A stretch of DNA of 32,000 bases from Nitratidesulfovibrio vulgaris str. Hildenborough (lineage in GTDB: Bacteria; Desulfobacterota; Desulfovibrionia; Desulfovibrionales; Desulfovibrionaceae), in contig NC_002937.3 of NCBI RefSeq assembly GCF_000195755.1, positions 1,530,001 to 1,562,000 on the forward strand, read 5' to 3'. The position numbers and the translations under genes are program-made. The notes below the pieces were generated by a model. The model had not been told where the DNA came from. It saw only the letters and a program-made list of their open reading frames with translations, and did not search any database. Position 1 is the first letter of the stretch. The number at the start of each line of letters is the position of its first letter. Of this stretch, positions 26,926-31,772 are shown piece by piece.

Positions 26926-27054
26926 ATGGGCCGGACGCAACGATATGTGGAGATTCCTCCCGATGCTGGAAGGGGCAGCGTTGCCGCTGCCATGAAGCCT
27001 TCCGGTGTCGCTGTCGTTAGCTCGTTGCCTCTCGGTCTGTGTTGTTGTCGGTAG
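26926..27054 (+). CDS. Candidate 42-aa small ORF with a C-terminal CCC motif (coding status uncertain)
   Basis: AGGAAGGG lies 5 nt upstream of ATG 26926. The product is MGRTQRYVEIPPDAGRGSVAAAMKPSGVAVVSSLPLGLCCCR. The stop is 7 nt before the strong terminator. It is the inner part of GTG-started track ORF 26827..27054. Third-position bias is not host-like, and the region also folds into hairpins. Confidence 0.3.
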   Translation: MGRTQRYVEIPPDAGRGSVAAAMKPSGVAVVSSLPLGLCCCR

Positions 27055-27061
27055 AACGAAT

Positions 27062-27099
27062 CGCCCCCGTGCTGTGTGTCAGCTCGGGGGCGTTTTTTT
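27062..27099 (+). terminator. Strong Rho-independent terminator (or attenuator) immediately upstream of ORF A
   Basis: CGCCCCCG-t-GCT-gtgtgtc-AGC-t-CGGGGGCG followed by TTTTTTT (27093-27099). No T-run is present on the opposite strand. Confidence 0.8.
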
Positions 27100-27112
27100 G
27101 CGGGAGATGGCA

Positions 27113-27733
27113 ATGAGTTGTTCTTGTAGAGGGCAGGGGCTCTTAGCTTGGCTTTACATGGGAATCGCGGGGGTCTTCATTTTGATGGTGCCGTGCAATG
27201 TACGGGCTGGAAGCTCTCCGCAGCCCTATGTGCTGTGCCGCGCGCATAAAGTCCCTCTTAAAGGTATGCCCGACTTCTATGGCGTAAAAATTCTCGTGAC
27301 CACCAAGGCTCGCGATATGTCGACCATGTCCATGGAGCAGTTGGCTGCAACGGCCTACTCGGCAATGGAATATTTCAATGCGGGTGAATACGCCGATGCC
27401 TTGTTGGTCAATGTGCTGCTCACTCCTAGCTGTGCAGATACGGGCCTGTCGATCGCCCGTGCTCAAGTGGGCGAAGGTCGACGAATAGTCTCTGCGGCCC
27501 GAAAGTCATGCGGCCCTAGCGCCGCCATGCTTTGTGTCGCGGATGCTGTTGCCAGGGCTAAGCGTGGTTCCGCGCGGATGACTTCAGATGCCGATTACGC
27601 CAAGGCTGCCACGGTCTGCAAGGTGTCTGCTCGTGCTGCGAAGGATGTTCATCTCGCTTTGGCAGAATATGCACTGCATGAGGACTACTATGAAGTCACG
27701 GAGAACATTTTGCCTAAAAGTCCGAGTAAATAG
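27113..27733 (+). CDS. Hypothetical secreted/membrane-anchored protein (ORF A)
   Basis: Track ORF 27005..27733 was trimmed because its 5' part covers the terminator. ATG 27113 has GGGAG 6 nt upstream (alternative ATG 27107). The N-terminus MSCSCRGQGLLAWLYMGIAGVFILMVPCNVRA/GS looks like a signal peptide or anchor. I recognise no family. Confidence 0.55.
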   Translation: MSCSCRGQGLLAWLYMGIAGVFILMVPCNVRAGSSPQPYVLCRAHKVPLKGMPDFYGVKILVTTKARDMSTMSMEQLAATAYSAMEYFNAGEYADALLVNVLLTPSCADTGLSIARAQVGEGRRIVSAARKSCGPSAAMLCVADAVARAKRGSARMTSDADYAKAATVCKVSARAAKDVHLALAEYALHEDYYEVTENILPKSPSK

Positions 27734-27758
27734 AAGTTGATGCTGGAGGCGTGAGGCT

Positions 27759-28655
27759 ATGAAGAGAAGAACGGCTGAACTGATAAGGATACTGCAAGGT
27801 AGAAAAATGCTTACCCATATGAATATAATGATAGGCAATGCTCGTCACTGTTTAGTTAACTGGATTAGCCAGAATAGCTCTCTGTGCGCTCTTCGGGATT
27901 TAAATTTTGAAGTTAGCTTTCCTTACTGTGTACAGTATGCGCAGGCTCTGTATATATTGAGGTATTATCCAGCATATTTTGCTGAGAACTATATGCTTTA
28001 CACAACATTGAGTGAGATGGGGTGCCGTCGGCCTGATATCGCGTCGATTGGCTGCGGAAGCATGGTTGATGGCGCAGCTGCAAGCTATGTTTTTGATTCA
28101 TTTACGTATCATGGGTATGATTTGAATGACTGGAGCTTTAAGGGATTAACTCCTAATGGTGGTTCTGTCATCTTCCACAATGGAGATGTGTTTAGCGAGA
28201 CGTCATGGGATGTTGAGCGTGATGTCTTTTGTTTTTCAAGGTCGCTGCGTGATATTGGAGATAATATTGATGGATTGAGGTGTGCCGTTGAGTCAACTGA
28301 TTTTAAATATGATAATATTTATATATGTGCGACTTACAATAGCGCACCGGATGAGATAAGAAGGTCTCACAGGGGCATGTTAAGGCGTTTTGCTTCATTT
28401 TTTGAAGACTACGATATTATAAATGAGGACTATTGGGATTCAGGTAGATTGTCTAAAAGAGGAAGAGCGATAAGGAGTCATCTTGATTGGTGGGTTCACA
28501 GCGAGTCTAGCTTTTGTTCTTCACTTCTTTCTAGGTGTAGAGATATGTTGTCGGATGGGTGCGCTACTTCTGATTGCGAAACGAACTTACAGAAAAAACC
28601 TATTTTAAATGTCACAGAGCTTGGATTTGAGGTGTTACATCTTTTACGCAGATGA
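27759..28655 (+). CDS. Hypothetical protein with degenerate class-I SAM-methyltransferase-like motifs (ORF B)
   Basis: 298 aa with GGAGG 9 nt upstream. The ordered motifs are DIASIGCGSMVDG (motif I-like), YHGYDLND (motif II-like), VIFHNGDVF and DVFCFSRSL. The gene is AT-rich: I counted 41% GC over 27781-28620. The functional call is tentative. Confidence 0.55.
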   Translation: MKRRTAELIRILQGRKMLTHMNIMIGNARHCLVNWISQNSSLCALRDLNFEVSFPYCVQYAQALYILRYYPAYFAENYMLYTTLSEMGCRRPDIASIGCGSMVDGAAASYVFDSFTYHGYDLNDWSFKGLTPNGGSVIFHNGDVFSETSWDVERDVFCFSRSLRDIGDNIDGLRCAVESTDFKYDNIYICATYNSAPDEIRRSHRGMLRRFASFFEDYDIINEDYWDSGRLSKRGRAIRSHLDWWVHSESSFCSSLLSRCRDMLSDGCATSDCETNLQKKPILNVTELGFEVLHLLRR

Positions 28656-29671
28656 GGACGTTCATGACCTTCAAGAATGACGTCGATGGGTGTTCATATC
28701 CTGGCATATTGTCTGCGAGTAGGTCTACGGATATACCAGCATTCTATGCAGAATGGTTCTCGAGAAGGCTACGAGATGGGTATGTTGTTTGGAAAAGTCC
28801 TTTTAACCAAAAGTGTTACTCTGTTTGTTTTGAAAAAGCAGGTGGCATTGTCTTTTGGACCAAGAACCCTAAGCCTCTAATGCCTTTTTTGGACGAGGTT
28901 TCAGAGCTTGGCTATGACTATTACTTTCAGTTTACGGTCAATGACTATGAGAGTGAAGGTTTTGAGCCGAATGTACCTCCCCTTGATGAGCGGATAGAGA
29001 CGTTTCGCAGCTTGTCGCAAAAACTGGGCAAGGAGCGAGTCATCTGGCGCTTCGATCCCATTTGCTTGACCCGTGAGCTTGACGTCGAAGGTATCATGGC
29101 TCGGCTACGTTCTATCGGGGAGTGCTTGAAGGGGTATACTGAACAGCTTGTCATCAGTTTTGTGGACGTCCATGCGTACACGAAGGTGCAACGTAACATC
29201 AAAACAGCAGACGGCTTTTGCCTTCGAGAGCCTAGCATGGAAGAGCAGGATGAATTGGCAAGGCGCATTTCGTCCTACGCAAAAGAGATTGGCGTATCGC
29301 CTTCAGCGTGCGGCGAACGTAGGTCTTTTGCACATTTTGGCATTCTTCCTAACAAGTGCATAGATGGCGAGTTGTTCAAGAGAATATGCCGGAAAGGCAA
29401 CATAAAACTTCAAAAGCATCTGGGAACGTACATCGATCAATACTCGCTCCTGTCTCCGCAAAAGAAAGACGTTACCCTGTGCAAGGACAAGGGGCAGCGT
29501 AAAGAATGTGGATGCGTCGAGAGCAAAGATATAGGAATGTACAATACGTGCAACCATATGTGCGTGTACTGCTATGCGAATACATCGCAGCGTGTGGTCG
29601 AAAAGAACCGGGTACTGCATGATGTCAATGGAGAATCGCTCATCCCTACGTCGAGAACGGTGGAGGAGTAG
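28652..29671 (+). CDS. DUF1848-type protein with a C-terminal Cys cluster (putative Fe-S / radical-SAM-like enzyme) (ORF C)
   Basis: 339 aa. The ATG overlaps the ORF B stop (ATGA at 28652-28655); an alternative ATG is at 28664. Motifs are SASRSTDIPAFYAEWF, VFWTKNP, YYFQFTVNDY, IWRFDPI, ISFVDVH, CID and KGQRKECGCVESKDIGMYNTCNHMCVYCYAN. These match my recollection of Pfam DUF1848. No search was run. Confidence 0.7.
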   Translation: MRTFMTFKNDVDGCSYPGILSASRSTDIPAFYAEWFSRRLRDGYVVWKSPFNQKCYSVCFEKAGGIVFWTKNPKPLMPFLDEVSELGYDYYFQFTVNDYESEGFEPNVPPLDERIETFRSLSQKLGKERVIWRFDPICLTRELDVEGIMARLRSIGECLKGYTEQLVISFVDVHAYTKVQRNIKTADGFCLREPSMEEQDELARRISSYAKEIGVSPSACGERRSFAHFGILPNKCIDGELFKRICRKGNIKLQKHLGTYIDQYSLLSPQKKDVTLCKDKGQRKECGCVESKDIGMYNTCNHMCVYCYANTSQRVVEKNRVLHDVNGESLIPTSRTVEE

Positions 29672-29696
29672 CTTCGTGCCATGATATTTCGGCGTG

Positions 29697-30071
29697 ATGG
29701 AAGTTGTTTTGATGAGCCTTGAGATTCTGCTCCTCATTGGCATTGTGGCCGGGGCCATCGGCTATCGTGTGGCCAACGGCAAGGGCCGGGATGGGCTTGT
29801 CTGGGGCATGCTGTGCTTCTTCATCCCCATTCTGGTGCTGCTGCTTCTGATTCTCGGCCCCGGCAGCGGTGTACCTCCGGGCTACCGCCGTTGTCCGCAT
29901 TGCGCCGAACCCATCCACAAGGCCGCCAACGTGTGCCGCCACTGCCGAGGCGAGGTCACACCGGTGCAGCAGAGCACAGGCCATGCAACGCGCCCCTGCC
30001 CGCACTGCGGCGCAGACATGGACAACGACGCGCGCGTTTGTACATCGTGTGGCAAGAGCGTGTCGTTCTAG
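29697..30071 (+). CDS. Small membrane protein with two C-terminal zinc-ribbon motifs (ORF D)
   Basis: Track ORF 29694 (GTG)..30071. I prefer ATG 29697, or ATG 29712. Two hydrophobic helices are present (LEILLLIGIVAGAIGY and GMLCFFIPILVLLLLIL). They are followed by CPHC-x10-CRHC and CPHC-x10-CTSC. The GC content is back to host-like. Confidence 0.65.
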   Translation: MEVVLMSLEILLLIGIVAGAIGYRVANGKGRDGLVWGMLCFFIPILVLLLLILGPGSGVPPGYRRCPHCAEPIHKAANVCRHCRGEVTPVQQSTGHATRPCPHCGADMDNDARVCTSCGKSVSF

Positions 30072-30101
30072 CTGGTATCGCACCTGTCAGACCAGACACA
30101 C

Positions 30102-30126
30102 AAAAGCCCCCGCATCGGGGGCTTTT
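30102..30126. terminator. Bidirectional intrinsic terminator shared by ORF D and the convergent nuclease gene
   Basis: AAAAGCCCCCG-cat-CGGGGGCTTTT. The A-run and T-run flank a GC-rich stem. It lies 30 nt after the ORF D stop and 3 nt after the nuclease stop (30130-30132). Confidence 0.75.
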
Positions 30127-30129
30127 GCA

Positions 30130-30651
30130 TTACTCGGCATCTGCGTGGGCGGCTCGTTGTTCGCGTCGCCAGTCCCACGGGGGTTGCGGCATCCCTGCGG
30201 CCCATAGGCCGCGTTGCGCGAGAGCTGCACGTATGGTCACCACTACCCACTCCACGCAAGGGAAGATGGCTTGGCAGTACTGCGGGTACACCCACGCCTG
30301 ACCCGCGTCGAGCATGGCTGCGTTGACATCGACGTCTCCGTGCTGCACCCGCCCCACCACGCGACCGTATCGGTCGGTGTCCATCGTCCGCACGTCGATC
30401 GTCCCCCCATCCGCGAGCATCTCGCGCAGGTAGTCGCGGGCCTCTGGCCCGCCGGGCTGTGCAAGCTCCGGGGCGTCCACACCATAGAGCCGTACCTTGA
30501 CGACGTCACCGCTCGTGCGGCGGACGGTGAGCGTGTCACCATCGTGCACACGAAGTACGACGCCGGGCCACGCATAGACCAGCGAGGGACAGGTGAGCAG
30601 GGCGCAGAGGAGGGCGGCGCGAATGAGCATACGCTTCCTATACAGCAGCAT
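30130..30651 (-). CDS. Secreted thermonuclease (staphylococcal nuclease/SNase-like) family protein
   Basis: Motifs are VLRVHDGDTLTV, VRLYGVDAPELAQPGG, DRYGRVVGRV, DVNAAMLDAGQAWVY and RGLW....PPWDWR, which match the SNase pattern. The N-terminus MLLYRKRMLIRAALLCALLTCPSLVYA looks like a signal peptide (possibly a lipoprotein). The start is uncertain: ATG 30651, or 30630 which has AGGAAG upstream. The 269-aa track version adds an implausible AT-rich extension. Confidence 0.8.
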   Translation of the reverse strand: MLLYRKRMLIRAALLCALLTCPSLVYAWPGVVLRVHDGDTLTVRRTSGDVVKVRLYGVDAPELAQPGGPEARDYLREMLADGGTIDVRTMDTDRYGRVVGRVQHGDVDVNAAMLDAGQAWVYPQYCQAIFPCVEWVVVTIRAALAQRGLWAAGMPQPPWDWRREQRAAHADAE

Positions 30652-30998
30652 GTGGGGCGTGACCATATCCGTGGCAGCGAAGGTCAGACGTTCATCAGGT
30701 TGAGCATGCTTTGCTGCGGTGGGAGATCTTATGAGGTGTCGGAAGCGCTCATGAACTGGAGGGTGCTTTTTCCTCGTAGTTGCAATTAGCTGTTTTTCAT
30801 CCATTTTTTTATGAGCGTAAATTTTTTTAAGAAAAAATACAGTCAATAAAAACAGGTTGTTAAAAAAACGAAGTGTCGATTTTGAATGGCTTTTCGCAGA
30901 ATCTATGGACCGTGTGCAAGGGTTGTGGGGGGGGCGCACGACTGTTAAATGCTATTTGTCTCGGCATCATGTAGCGCAGTCCCCCAAAAGGAGGGTGC

Positions 30999-31073
30999 AT
31001 GACTAAAGCAGACATTCTCGTGTTTGTGAACGTCGCGCACGCAGTCATCGTCTGGGCTTTGAGTAGAGCCTAG
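30999..31073 (+). CDS. Candidate 24-aa hydrophobic mini-protein
   Basis: AAAGGAGGG lies 4 nt upstream of ATG 30999. The product is MTKADILVFVNVAHAVIVWALSRA, with stop TAG at 31071-31073. It falls below the ORF-track length cutoff and has no homology support. Confidence 0.3.
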   Translation: MTKADILVFVNVAHAVIVWALSRA

Positions 31074-31074
31074 C

Positions 31075-31115
31075 AAAAAAGCCGACGGCCTCCCCGCGAA
31101 AGCGAGAAGGCCGCC
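31075..31115 (-). terminator. Intrinsic terminator for minus-strand (prophage late/tail) transcription
   Basis: The plus strand reads AAAAAA-gcc-GACGGCCTCCCCGC-gaaa-GCGAGAAGGCCGCC. Three A.C mismatches on the plus strand become G.U pairs on the minus-strand RNA. On that strand the 14-bp stem is followed by GGCTTTTTT. Confidence 0.6.
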
Positions 31116-31156
31116 AAGTCTGAAGCGGGTCGATGCCGTACAGTAGCTACAGACCC

Positions 31157-31193
31157 GGAAAGGACACAGAGCTGGTACCTCTGTGTCCTTTCC
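31157..31193. other. Perfect 15-bp inverted repeat/hairpin
   Basis: GGAAAGGACACAGAG-ctggtac-CTCTGTGTCCTTTCC, followed by ctttatgg on the plus strand. It is intergenic, 70 nt downstream of the tail-assembly-like gene. Confidence 0.5.
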
Positions 31194-31262
31194 CTTTATG
31201 GCACTGCACCTATTGAGGCAACAGATTTTCGGCATTATTTGCCGTTTTTTCGAGGCAAAACC

Positions 31263-31772
31263 CTACACCGGATAGCTCACTTCCACGACCTCCAGCGCTT
31301 CGAAGGTGGATGAGGATTCAACCATCGCTTTAAGTTCTGCCCGGCGCATAGCCAGCTTCTGCCGGGCATACTCAAGCCCGGTGAGATCGGTAGCAGCGAG
31401 CAACGCCGCTTCCACGGCCACCGTGGTGGGGGTGGGGTCGGAGAGGGCGATTACTCCAGCAAGGGCCGCATCGTGTCCGGCCCGGATGGCAGCCAGCTTC
31501 GTGGCCTTGGCCTGTTCCAGCGTCAGGGGCGGGGGCGGCGCATCGGCAGCGGCACGGGCCGACTCCCACGCGGCGAGGGCTGGCACAACCAGCACGTCAT
31601 ACTCGGTCTGTGTCACCGGGGTGTTCGGCGTGCCGTCGTTATGTTCCACCCACCCGGTGCGCCCATCCCACTGGATGGCATGCACGTGCCCCGGCAGGGT
31701 GAGGCTCACGTTGAGGCCCCGCCCGTCCACGATGACGAGGCTGTCGGCGGGAACGATGGTCACTCTAGGCAT
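31263..31772 (-). CDS. Phage tail-fibre-assembly-like protein (C-terminal DUF4376-like region)
   Basis: Track ORF 31263..31877 was trimmed to ATG 31772 (AGGAGG upstream): MPRVTIVPADSLVIVDGRGL...HAIQWDG..GWVEH. The C-terminal LEQAKATKLAAIRAGHDAAL... resembles DUF4376 as I remember it. The start overlaps the stop of the upstream gene by 8 nt. The functional call is tentative. Confidence 0.45.
   Translation of the reverse strand: MPRVTIVPADSLVIVDGRGLNVSLTLPGHVHAIQWDGRTGWVEHNDGTPNTPVTQTEYDVLVVPALAAWESARAAADAPPPPLTLEQAKATKLAAIRAGHDAALAGVIALSDPTPTTVAVEAALLAATDLTGLEYARQKLAMRRAELKAMVESSSTFEALEVVEVSYPV

Noticed and set aside
26880-26960. Possible c-di-GMP-I (GEMM) riboswitch, suggested by GGACGCAA in the leader.
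   Set aside because: Only the ACGCAA core resembles the GACGCAAAGCC block. The flanking GGCAAA, tetraloop/receptor and P2 elements are not present.
27005-27106. The 5' extension of ORF A (track start 27005).
   Set aside because: It would require translation straight through the strong intrinsic terminator at 27062-27099. ATG 27113 has a proper GGGAG spacing.
30652-30939. The 96-aa N-terminal extension of the nuclease ORF (track 30130..30939).
   Set aside because: The extension crosses the block of about 28% GC and has no RBS. It would also bury the signal-peptide-like segment internally.
30945-31235. The 96-aa minus-strand ORF.
   Set aside because: It spans two perfect hairpins and a terminator, is Cys/Arg-rich, and has no RBS. 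The region is better explained as structured intergenic DNA.
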